DNA of 63,855 bases, the filler included, from Conidiobolus incongruus B7586 (taxonomy: Eukaryota), in NCBI GenBank assembly GCA_000697335.1. It is 18 parts of 18 records of this genome, joined end to end, with 100 filler letters (N's around TTAATTAATTAA, not from the genome) between each part and the next. Parts side by side here need not be neighbours in the genome. Positions count along the whole stretch, not along the records: positions 26,090 to 29,088 come from JNEM01005861.1; positions 29,189 to 31,570 come from JNEM01005865.1; positions 31,671 to 33,499 come from JNEM01005866.1; positions 33,600 to 35,714 come from JNEM01005867.1; positions 35,815 to 37,341 come from JNEM01005868.1; 13 more parts are not named here. One strand, given 5' to 3'. A program made the position numbers and the translations under genes. Positions within the stretch are counted from its first letter, which is position 1; each line of letters opens with the position of its first letter. The notes under the pieces are model-generated. The model ran no database searches. It saw nothing but the letters and a program-made list of their open reading frames with translations, and was not told the DNA's origin. Shown piece after piece: positions 26,090-37,441 of this stretch.

Positions 26090-28955
26090 ATTTTTTCTTT
26101 AATTTTATTATTAATAACTTTATTTTTATTAATTTTGATGATATCTTAATCTATTTAAAAACTAAAGAAGAATATATTTAATATGTTAATTAAGTTTTAC
26201 AAATTATTCAAGAATATAAATTCCTTTTAAAACTATCAAAAATATATTTTTAATGTTTTTTCTATCTTTTTCTATAGTTATATTATTTTTTCTTAAAGAA
26301 TTAATATTGATTTAATTAAACTCAATAGTATAAAAGCTTTTACTATATTTATAAATAAAGAATAACTTATATTTATACTTAAATTATTCAATTACTTTAA
26401 AGATTTCATTGATTCTTTTATTAAACTTACAACCCCTTTAATTAATCTTTTAAAAAAATTTTTTTTAAATAAACCTTACTATATATTTTTTATATAAATG
26501 TTTTAATTTTCTATATTATTAATACTTTTACCTTATTTATTTTTAATCTTAAATTACCTATGAATATTTTTATTAACTTTAATTTTTTGTAAAATTTAAA
26601 TAATTAGCTTATTTTAAATTTGATTTATATTTTATCTTTTAACTATAAGATAAAATAATAAATAAAAAAAAATAAAGTTTAATATTATAAATGTTACTTC
26701 AAAGTTAATAACATTCTAATTAAAAAAAATGAAGTTAACTAAATTAAAATACCTAGTTTATAAATAAGAACTTTTTACATTAATAGAAATAATCAAAAAT
26801 TATTTATATTTCTTTTTTTATAATTTTTTTCTAATATTTACAAATTATATATTACTCATCTACTTAAATACTTAGAAATATTTGTTAAAAAGATAAATTA
26901 AATAAGTTAATATTATTTAAGCTTATCTTTTCTTTATTTAATATCTTTTAAGTTAATAGAATTATGTTATAGATACTTTGTTAAAAAATCTTATATATTT
27001 ATTTTTTTATTTTATTTATAAAAACCTAGCAAATATTAACTTAATAATCATTAATAAAGGAATTAAAAAATTTATTATAAGATTTTAAGAAATATTATTG
27101 AATAATAATTTCTTTATTTTAATTAAAGAAAAAAATTTTAAACTATTAGAAAACTAATTAAAATATATCAAAAGATTTAAAATTATTGATAACCTATTAT
27201 ATTATAATAATTGCTTATATATCCTTAATTTCTTAAGATTTAATAAATATTATAACTTACCTGTTAAAAATCATTAAAACTAGTTAAAAACTATTGAGAG
27301 AATTAAAATAAAGTATTACTAACTCTCCTTAATTAAATTAATTTAGAAATACACTAATACTTATAATATATGCTAAAGAATTAAATTTAATACCTAATTA
27401 AAATATAATAAAAACTTATTTTTTTATAAATCTTTAATGATACTTAATAATAAATTTAACTTGATTTTATAGAAATTCATAAATTAACAAATAATTATAA
27501 TGATTTAATAATTGTAATTATTTTTTATTCTTTAAATATATTTATTTTATTCTTTGTTTTAAAACTTCTATAATCAAAAATATTATATAATTATTATTCT
27601 TTAATATTTTTACCAATTATAAAATTCCACAAACTATTATATTTAATAAAGATATATAATTTAATTCTTAAGTTTAAAGGTTATTATCCTTTTCCTTTAA
27701 TATTAACCTAGTTATATCTATTATTAATTATTATTAAATTAATAAACTTATTGAAAAAACTATTAAAACCTTAAAATAAATGATTAAAGCTTATATTAAC
27801 ATTAATTAGTTAAACTAAAATACTTATATTTACCAATAATAATATTTATTTAATATTTGTATTAATAAATCAACAGGTTTTAACCTTTATTTTATTAATT
27901 ATAACATATATCTTAATTTGATAATTATTTAAAAACTTTAAATTAATTTATCTTTAGATATTATTGAATTTTAATCTAATATCAAATATATTAATTCCAT
28001 TGTTAAATTAAACTTGAAAGAAAATTAAAGGATTATTGAATGATAATATTTAAAGTTATTTAGAAATCCTCTTAAATATAAAACTAATATGTTTATATAT
28101 TTAGAATAATTTACCCTTAAAACTACCTTACTTAAATCTAGCTTAAATCTAAAATACTTATTATTTTATTATAATCCTTATAAAATTTAATTTATTGATT
28201 CAAATTTGAAAAATATTATTTTAAAATTTCCTTTAACTTAAAATATTAACTTTACCTTTTATATATCTAAAATCAAACTTTATTTTAAAGATTTTAATAT
28301 TTTTCTTAATTGATTGAAAACCTTAAAACTAAATTTAATTATTAATTAAGATAGAGAAAAAAAATATTATATTAATTACATAATTAAATTTAAATTTATT
28401 AGGAATAAACTTTATTTCTATATAAAATAAATAGGTTGTTTTATTAAAGAATTTATATAAGAACCTTTAGAAAATATTAAGAATATTTCAATTTATTAAA
28501 TTTATTTACAAAAATCTAAAAAGTGTGTCTTTTCTAAAAAACTTATTAAAGAAGTATTAAGAGACTAGTTTTTTAAGTTCTTATATATATATTTCTATTT
28601 AATTTAACTAACTATAAATTATATGATTAATTTATTCTTTTATAGCTAAATTAATTATATAAATAATATTGAATTATTTAATAAACTATGTTTTTCTTTC
28701 TGTTCTCAATTCTTATTATTTTTTATCTTTTTACTATCTTTAAAATTAAGACTATATTTTATTAATACTCTAGTATATTAACATTATCTAATATAAATAT
28801 TAATATATTAGTGACTTATCTTAGTTTGAAGCTAAATTAAACTTTGTTTATATTTACACACTATAACTATATTATAATATTACATTTTATGTCATATTAC
28901 TTTTATATTAAAGTTTCCCTCTATATTATATTGGTATTTTACTATTATATTTATA
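26090..28955 (+). mobile_element. Degenerate Ty3/gypsy chromovirus, 3' half (RT through integrase and chromodomain, plus 3' LTR)
   Basis: FINFDDILIYLKTKEEYI*YVN*VL at ~26120; integrase LDFIEI.K..NNYNDLIIVI at ~27460; chromodomain YYINYIIKFK..LYFYIK*IG...EFI*EPLENI at ~28360-28480; purine tract followed by LTR. Confidence 0.88.
28555..28955 (+). repeat. 3' LTR (~400 bp), TG..CA termini mutated to TA..TA
   Basis: Homologous to 33600-33857, 23711-24109 and 10960-11352. Confidence 0.85.
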
Positions 28956-29188
28956 ATATATATTAAGTTATAAATATATTATTATATTATTATAAAATCA
29001 AATAAATAGGATATTTTTTAATTTCTGATTTTTTAAAATTATTTAAAATTTATTAATAGCTTTTAATAATAAAATATTATTTAAATTTNNNNNNNNNNNN
29101 NNNNNNNNNNNNNNNNNNNNNNNNNNNNNNNNTTAATTAATTAANNNNNNNNNNNNNNNNNNNNNNNNNNNNNNNNNNNNNNNNNNNN

Positions 29189-29823
29189 GTCTTTGGTCGT
29201 CTCCGACAGCTCTAACTTCACCCATATTTTGCGTCTTCTCAACACCAACGTTGAGGGTAAGCAAAAGATCATGTATGCCTTGACCGCCATCAAGGGTGTT
29301 GGTCGCCGTTACTCCAACTTGGTTTGCAAGAAGGCTGATGTCGATTTGAACAAGCGTGCCGGTGAATGTACCAACGAAGAATTGGAACGCATTGTCAACA
29401 TCATCCAAAACCCCTTACAATTCAACATCCCCAAATATTTCCTTAACAGACAAAAGGATATTGTTGACGGTACCTACTCTCAACTCTTGTCCAACGGTTT
29501 GGACAACAAGCTCCGTGAAGATTTAGAACGCTTGAAGAAGATCAGAGCTCATCGTGGTCTTCGTCACTACTGGGGTCTTCGTGTCCGTGGTCAACACACT
29601 AAGACCACCGGTCGTCGTGGACGTACCGTTGGTGTTGCCAAGAAGAAGGGAGGTTAGTGCCATTTCTTTTTTCTATATTCCTTATGATGAACTGTTCATT
29701 TTTATCCTTATCTACATTACCTGAGTAATATTGATGAGTATTCGACTACTGAACCTATTTTTTATCATATTTTTTTTGTTATTATAGTACTCGATACTAA
29801 CTTTCTGTTTTTTAATAGCTTAA
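29189..29823 (+). CDS. RPS18: 40S ribosomal protein S18 (uS13), copy 1; start at gap edge; exon 29189-29652, intron 29653-29818, terminal exon G|CT TAA (unspliced stop at 29657)
   Basis: [47 protein letters not shown]; donor GTTAGT, branch TACTAAC, acceptor AATAG. Confidence 0.97.
29680..29756 (+). ncRNA. Intronic box C/D snoRNA, snR62/U34-like guide for LSU rRNA
   Basis: Box C ATGATGA 29684-90, D' CTGA 29721-24, C' TTGATGA 29731-37, D CTGA 29749-52. Guide CCTTATCTACATTA is complementary to conserved 25S rRNA UAAUGUAGAUAAGG; the D+5 rule selects a U. Confidence 0.85.
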
Positions 29824-31398
29824 TTATGAGGCTCGAATTCTGGTTTGGTGGACCTCCCCTTACTGCCTGTATAAACTATTCGGAACTAATAAATTTCGAT
29901 ACAACAAAACCCTCATCTTTCTACTCCATAAACGCGATATTCTGTACTTTACACTATATTTACTTGTCTTTTTTCTTTGTATTTATTTTTGCCTCTTTAT
30001 CATATAATATTTTATATATACTATTTTATTAATTGGCCATTAACTGCTTATAATTTAATCCTTTCGCCTGACCAGTCTATTAATTCAATTATATATAATA
30101 AAATTTAAAATTTATAGTATGTTTTCGATATAAATTCCTATAACTCTCTCAAATATTATTATATTCTGATATTCAACATTTTTTATATATCATTCATATT
30201 TTATAAATTACAAATATTTATCAATTTTTAATTATAAAAATATTATTATTTTTATAGCATATATAATTACAATAGTTTATGGATTTATATAAGAAAATAA
30301 TTTTGTTATTTTAAATATATTAATCCTATCATATATTAATTATTTTATTGATTGATAAAAAATAAATTTTGAATTAATATTTGTTGATGAATAGAGCGTT
30401 TATTAATTAGATATTACTTGAAGATAAAAATATATATTCATAATGTTTTTAGATTAATGAAACTTAAATATACAAAAAAAATTAACTCATATCCTTGAAA
30501 TGAACATTTTTAAATTTAATATTATTTATTGAATGTTTAGTTCATTAATAGTCATAAAATTGGAATTTTAATTACATATTAGAACAAGAATTATAGAAAG
30601 GAGAATAATTTTATTATAATATTTGAAAATTTTAAAATTTTAATTATTATTTATATTTAAAAATAATTTGAAAAAAAATTAAAAATTGAGAGAAATATTA
30701 TATTTGTGTTGAATAGTAATTTCATCTACATAGTATATTATTAATAGCTATATTTTTAATAATTCATAATACGTATATTAATATAATTAATCTAAGTTAA
30801 TATCAGTTTATAAACTTTGCAATTGAATTTATTTTAACTAACATTATTAACTATAACCCAATATTTGTTATATCGTATTAAAATTTTATATCATTTATTT
30901 TATTATAAATTGTTGATTAATTTTTAAATATATTACAATTAAATCAAATCAATAAATAATAATAGGGATAATCGATGTATTTAAAATAATTTTGCAATAA
31001 AATAGTAATCATTCAAAAAATATATTTAATTTATTAATCTAAATTTCAAATTATGAAATTAAACTATTAATATATTATATTTCATTATTTGTGAATAATA
31101 TATTTGAATATACAATATAAATAATTTAAATATATTCGAAAAAATTTAATATTAATCTTTAAATTTTATGAAAATCAAATATTCAATTATTATTTTATAA
31201 TGTTTATTATGTATATTTTCAGTAATAAGTCTTTTTAAAAGCAATTTAAATATAATATTTAATATATAATTCATGTAAGTATAAAAACAATAAAAAATTA
31301 ATCATTTTTATGAATATTAATTTATTATTTTTAATAAATTTCTAATGATTAAAAATCAATTATATATATTAAATATTAAAATTTAATAATTTAAAGGT

Positions 31399-31570
31399 TA
31401 TTAGTGTAGAAATTAAGTAATGGCACAATTTTAAAATTAAAATTAAACAAATAAATTAATAAATAATATATAAAAATTAATGAATAATATAAAATTAATA
31501 GCCTTTTTTATTATTAATAACTCTTTTCTATACTTTTGGTAAGCTTCTAATACCTAAAAAACAGTTCTTT
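31399..31570 (-). mobile_element. Mariner family A terminus, near-identical to 18093-18265
   Basis: tattagtgtagaaattaagtaatggcacaattttaaaattaaaattaaacaaat... differs from the 18093 copy by only a few transitions. Confidence 0.85.
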
Positions 31571-31670
31571 NNNNNNNNNNNNNNNNNNNNNNNNNNNNNN
31601 NNNNNNNNNNNNNNTTAATTAATTAANNNNNNNNNNNNNNNNNNNNNNNNNNNNNNNNNNNNNNNNNNNN

Positions 31671-32123
31671 ATGTACCAACGAAGAATTGGAACGCATTGT
31701 CAACATCATCCAAAACCCCTTACAATTCAACATCCCCAAATATTTCCTTAACAGACAAAAGGATATTGTTGACGGTACCTACTCTCAACTCTTGTCCAAC
31801 GGTTTGGACAACAAGCTCCGTGAAGATTTAGAACGCTTGAAGAAGATCAGAGCTCATCGTGGTCTTCGTCACTACTGGGGTCTTCGTGTCCGTGGTCAAC
31901 ACACTAAGACCACCGGTCGTCGTGGACGTACCGTTGGTGTTGCCAAGAAGAAGGGAGGTTAGTGCCATTTCTTTTTTCTATATTCCTTATGATGAACTGT
32001 TCATTTTTATCCTTATCTACATTACCTGAGTAATATTGATGAGTATTCGACTACTGAACCTATTTTTTTCATATTTTATATTAATTATAATACTTGTTAC
32101 TAATTACTTTTTTGATAGCTTAA
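31671..32123 (+). CDS. RPS18: 40S ribosomal protein S18 (uS13), copy 2, 5'-truncated by gap; intron 31958-32118 (unspliced stop at 31962)
   Basis: Coding DNA reads identical to copy 1; same GTTAGT donor, TACTAAT branch and GATAG|CT TAA end. Confidence 0.93.
31985..32061 (+). ncRNA. Intronic box C/D snoRNA, copy 2
   Basis: Identical to 29680-29756: C 31989-95, D' 32026-29, C' 32036-42, D 32054-57. Confidence 0.85.
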
Positions 32124-33599
32124 TTATGAGGCTCGATTTCTGGTTCGGTGGACTTCCTTTCACTACCTGTATAAACTATTCGAAACTAATAAATTTCGAT
32201 TCAACGAAACTTTCCTCTCTTCACTCTATTAACTCGATATTCTGTTCTTCTTAGTATAATTACTGTAATATTTATTTTTAGTTCATAATATCTTTATTAA
32301 CATATAAGTTATATTCTCTCTACAATTTATTCATATATATTTTAAGTTTTACTCAATTCGCTTGCCCAGTACTTTATTCAGCAAATATACCATACAATTC
32401 CAAAAATATAATATATTTTCTCCTGAATTTTGATATTATCAAACTTTACCATATTTTTATAGCTTAACATATTCACTTTTTACATTTTTTATTTAGTATA
32501 ATTTATCCATAAATCATATTATCTTAATAGTATTTAAATTCCTTTTATTTTTTTTATTTTTTTATTTTTTTATTTTTTAAACTCTTTATCATATCGAACT
32601 TTTTTTTATAATTCCATCATATATATATAATGGAAAATAATTCACTAAATCATAATATAGCATTGTTTTATATTAATTGATTTTATAATGTTATCATATC
32701 CTGGTAATTTTAATCGATTGATTTATTAAATATCAATTATTTAGTATGTATTTTTTCTAATTTACTTATCCTTTATTAAATAAATATTCTTATAATAAAT
32801 ATTAAAATTTTTAAATATTTTTACATTATTTAAATTTAATAAATAAATAAAATTGATCAATTTAATTGTATATTCTTCATATTAAATCATATTTCTCGAT
32901 TTAATTATAATATTTTAATTTTATAACCTTATATAAACAACCAATCAAATATAAATATATTCTCATATAATATTAAAATATCTTAATATTTAATTATATT
33001 TCCTAATGATCTAATTCTATTTGACATTTGTAAAATTATACTTATAATGATATTATAATATCAATTATTTTTGACAAAAGTAGACTTCCCTATTAAAAGA
33101 AATTCCTTAAAAAGATATAAAATATCAGGCAAAATGCCAAAAAGGTAAGTAAAATATAAAAAAGAGTACAGTTAATAGAAATATAGGAGAAGGTTTATTT
33201 GAGTAAGTCCGATGATTGAAATATTTCAAACTCATCAAACTGTGGCTTATAAAATGGATTATCTAGAATATCATTAGTTCTTAGGACAAGGGGTAAAAAT
33301 ATCCTTTTTATTTTAAATAATTTTTTTCAAAAATAAAGCCAATTGTTTTTTTATTTATTATAGATAACTTTATATTGATTATTGTTATTATTAAAAAATA
33401 TTAATATAATATAAAAAATTATAATTATAATTTAAATTCATAATATCTATTATATTAAAGTTAATATTAATATTAATATTAATATAATTTTAATATAATN
33501 NNNNNNNNNNNNNNNNNNNNNNNNNNNNNNNNNNNNNNNNNNNTTAATTAATTAANNNNNNNNNNNNNNNNNNNNNNNNNNNNNNNNNNNNNNNNNNNN

Positions 33600-33857
33600 C
33601 TTTTTCTCTCAATTCTTACTATTTTTACTTTTACACTATTTCTAAGATTGAGACTATATTCTGTCAATATTGTAGGATATTGGCACTACCTAATATAAAT
33701 CTTAATATATCGGTGACTCATCCTAGTTCGAAGCTTAATTAAACTTTGTTTACACTTGCACGCTACAGCCACGTTATATTACCACGTTCTGCGCCACACT
33801 ACTTTTATATTAAGTCTTCCTCTGCACTATATTAGTTTAACTACCACTACGCTTACA
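33600..33857 (+). repeat. LTR 3' part, least-mutated copy, retains ...CTTACA terminus
   Basis: Aligns with ~28695-28955 but keeps C/G (cacttgcacgctacagccacg; ctaccactacgcttaca). Confidence 0.88.
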
Positions 33858-33899
33858 AATATATATTAATTATAAAATATATAAAGTTAAAACCACAAT

Positions 33900-34830
33900 A
33901 AATTATTTAATTAAAAATGATTAAAAAAATACCATATTTATTATATTTATTAATTTATAACTTATATAAATACAATTGCTTTAAATAATTAAAAATAAGC
34001 TTAAAAAAAGAAAATTTTTTATAAATTAATATAATTAATATATAAAATATTAAATTATAACTTTTATGACAATTATTTTTTTGTATTAGAAATTTAATAT
34101 CAAAATAACAAAAATTTATATATAATCAAAAAAAATATTAATTTGGTATATTTTAATATATTTGTAAATTATATATTAAAATATTCATTTATGTATTATT
34201 AATAAAGTCTTATTATTCAAAACCTGAAGTAATATTAATAAAAACTGGTATTCACTTTATATACTATGACCTTATAAAAATATTTAATTTACTCTTAATC
34301 TCTTTTAAGTGTAAAAATAGGCCCTTGATCATTAATATTGATTTTCTAGGTACTTGTTTCAAACTATTATTATTATTATAAGAAATAATCATGAATAACT
34401 TAATATATAATATATTTTTTAAAAATAAAAACAGATAAAATGATATCCATTTAATTAAATTCAATGGTTTATTTATTTATAATAATAGTAAAACTTATAA
34501 GACAAACATTGTCAATAGCCTTATTAAATCAATTGAATAGGCACTATTACCACACCCACCATACTTTCTTGATATGGACCCTTGTAATTTCAATTGTTTT
34601 GAGTTATTGAAGGACTTCTATGCTCGAAAACAATTTAAAAATTTTAATGATATTAATGTGATATTGAATAAACCAATTAAATACTTAATAAACAAAGTGT
34701 TTTTAATAAGTTCAAATAAATTTCAAAAGTTTGGAATTATATATTATCAAATAAACAAAACTATAGATTTTATTATATAATAATATTCTTTTTAATTATT
34801 TCATAAAATATATTAAATTAAAAACTATAC
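33900..34830 (+). mobile_element. Degenerate mariner (second DD34D family); boundaries approximate
   Basis: LFIYNNSKTYKTNIVNSLIKSIE*ALLPHPPYFLDMDPCNFNCFELLK at ~34470-34615, with 34 residues between the positions of the 2nd and 3rd Asp. Confidence 0.78.
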
Positions 34831-35583
34831 TGTGATAAATTTATAAGTTTTATATTGTCGTAATATTAGGTAATGTAAAAAACACATAAAATTTTAAAGT
34901 ATTGATCACTATTAATCAATTACTTATAGCCAATATAAAATCAATAGTTTTTATGAATATCTTTTTTCATTTGTATAATTTGTATTTTCATATGCAAAAT
35001 TGTTTAGAGATAAGAGAAACGTGTCAAAAAAGATGAAAATTATTGCTTCAAAATATTGAATTATTAATAGAATTTTCTAATAAAACCGCAAATTTGGAAT
35101 ATTTTTGAATGTGTTTTAATTGAGATAGTTTAGTAGAATAATTTAGGAACTTTGAGTTTAACCACAAGATCGGATTAAATAAATCTACTTAATCAATTAT
35201 CCAAAATTAAACTTTGGAAATATTTCCTTATTTGGACACTCTTGATTAAATGAAATTTGGTTTGAGGGATAAAGAAATCATAAACAAATACCTTTTATGA
35301 TGAGCCAATATACAGAGATATTCATAAAATTTAAGGGTGAACTTGAGAAGACATTATTTTTGGTTAGTTTTGATTACGTATTTTTAAATATTCTCTACTC
35401 TTAGATGAGATGTGTATAAAAACTCATGTTTTTGGTAAACGATTCTTGTTTAATGATAAAATTGAAGTTCCTTTGGATTTTGTTATAAATTATCACGTAG
35501 ATATTAGATTTTTTTCAAGTTTCTATATTTATTAAAGGCTTTGGTTTTGGTTAAGGATTTCCACTATTTTTCTCTATGCCAAT

Positions 35584-35710
35584 ATGAGCTTAGTAAGATT
35601 TTATAATATGGATGAAATCCATGTAATATGCGCTATATTGGGCGGGTTCATTCTATTTTTTGGTTTAATCTCTCTTTTTGTTAAAGAACAATTATTTCTT
35701 TCCGAAGCAT
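35584..35710 (+). CDS. First exon of Nha1/Sod2-type Na+/H+ antiporter (remainder not in window)
   Basis: ILGGFILFFGLISLFVKEQLFLSEA is typical of fungal CPA1 antiporter N-termini; GTAA donor just before the gap. Confidence 0.75.
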
Positions 35711-36299
35711 GTAANNNNNNNNNNNNNNNNNNNNNNNNNNNNNNNNNNNNNNNNNNNNTTAATTAATTAANNNNNNNNNNNNNNNNNNNNNNNNNNNNNN
35801 NNNNNNNNNNNNNNTATTTAATTAAGAGTTATTTAAAATATAGGTAAAAATATAGGTAATTTATATTTTATAATTAATGTTTGAAAATTAATATATAATT
35901 ATAATACTATAATATAATTTTTTAAACTAATATATTAACCTGTAAAAATAAGTTATAAAATCAAAAATATATATATTTTAATGAATAACTAAAATAATTA
36001 TATATATTAAATTACTTGAAACTATAATATATAACTAAAGTATATTATTTGATAATAAATAAATATATTTAAATATATTTAATAAACTATTAGCAAAAAT
36101 ATCAATCTTTAATATTTAACTAAAGTGAGTTATAAATTTGTAGGTTTTTAAGATAAAGGGATATATTTAACAATATATAACCATATTTTTTTTCTCTCTT
36201 TGTTATTATTTTGTTTAATATTTTACAGATATATTAAATTTTTTTTATTAATATTATTATACTTAAATCCCTTTTTAAAAAAATTTATTTGTATATTAA

Positions 36300-37110
36300 T
36301 TAATTTTATAAAGAAGATAAATTAACTTATGATATTATTAGAATTATTAGTGTTAATTAGTTTATTATAGTTAAAGTTATTAAGAATAATAATAAAAAAA
36401 CATTTAAACATAAACTTAAATGTGTTAAAATTATAAATGAATATAATAAGAAATATATCTATAAGTTAGTTAATACAGGTAAATGTAATATTATTAAAGA
36501 AATATAACAGGAATTATAAAACTATACAAAAATATTAGTTAACACTAATATTATTATATATACTTTATATTAATATAGATACTATTTATATTTTAAGAAA
36601 AAACACCCCTAATTAAAAAAATCCCATTATAAAGTTAAATATGAGTTTAAATATTATCACTAATATTAAATTAAAACTAATTAAAATAAGGTTATTTAGT
36701 TTAATGAAACAAAAATATACTTTAGTGGATTTAATAAAAAACCTAGATACTTTAGAAAAAATATAAAACTACTTTATAACTATTATATTAATTTTACTTA
36801 AAAGTACAATAGTAGGTTAATTATTATTTAGGGATATATATTGTCTTTAGATATAAAGTATCTTTGTAAAGTTAATAGGGGAATTAATATTAAAATATAC
36901 TAAAATATTCTAAATGATGAATTGAAAAAAACTATTAAATAATATAAGTTAAATAAATTTAATATTATTTTTTAGTAAGATAATGCTTTTTACTATATTA
37001 TATTAACTTACAAAAATAAGTTATATAATCAAAAACACTTATAATTTTACTAATAACTTAATTAATATTTAATAAAGTAAATCTAAATTAAATAATTAAA
37101 ATCTATTATA
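36300..37110 (+). mobile_element. Degenerate Tc1-like transposase; boundaries approximate
   Basis: N*NKVI*FNETKI (cf. DWNKVIWSDETKI), *KYNSRLIII*GYI (KYGGGSIMVWGC), Y*NILNDEL, IIF**DNA (IFQQDNA). Confidence 0.85.
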
Positions 37111-37441
37111 TTTATTAATTATATATATTATTAAATGATGATCTTTAACTATTAAAAGACTAAAATATAAACCTTTAAATTTTACCTAGGGTAAGTTATA
37201 AATTTGTAGGTTTTTGGTGATAAAAAAAAATTAAAACTTAGTGTATCTACCTTTAGCTTTTCTAACTTCTTTAAGTTTATAGGGTATAAAATCAACTAAC
37301 TTCTTACACTAAAAAGGGTTAATCTTGTTCTATACTTCTTANNNNNNNNNNNNNNNNNNNNNNNNNNNNNNNNNNNNNNNNNNNNTTAATTAATTAANNN
37401 NNNNNNNNNNNNNNNNNNNNNNNNNNNNNNNNNNNNNNNNN

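Noticed and set aside
29826..32254. Paired ORFs MRLEFWFGG.. and MRLDFWFGG.. downstream of both RPS18 copies as a conserved micropeptide
   Set aside because: Similarity follows from duplication of the 3'UTR; amino-acid-changing differences outnumber silent ones and the stops differ.
34264..34780. ORFs 34264-34464 and 34574-34780 as host genes
   Set aside because: They lie within the degenerate mariner.
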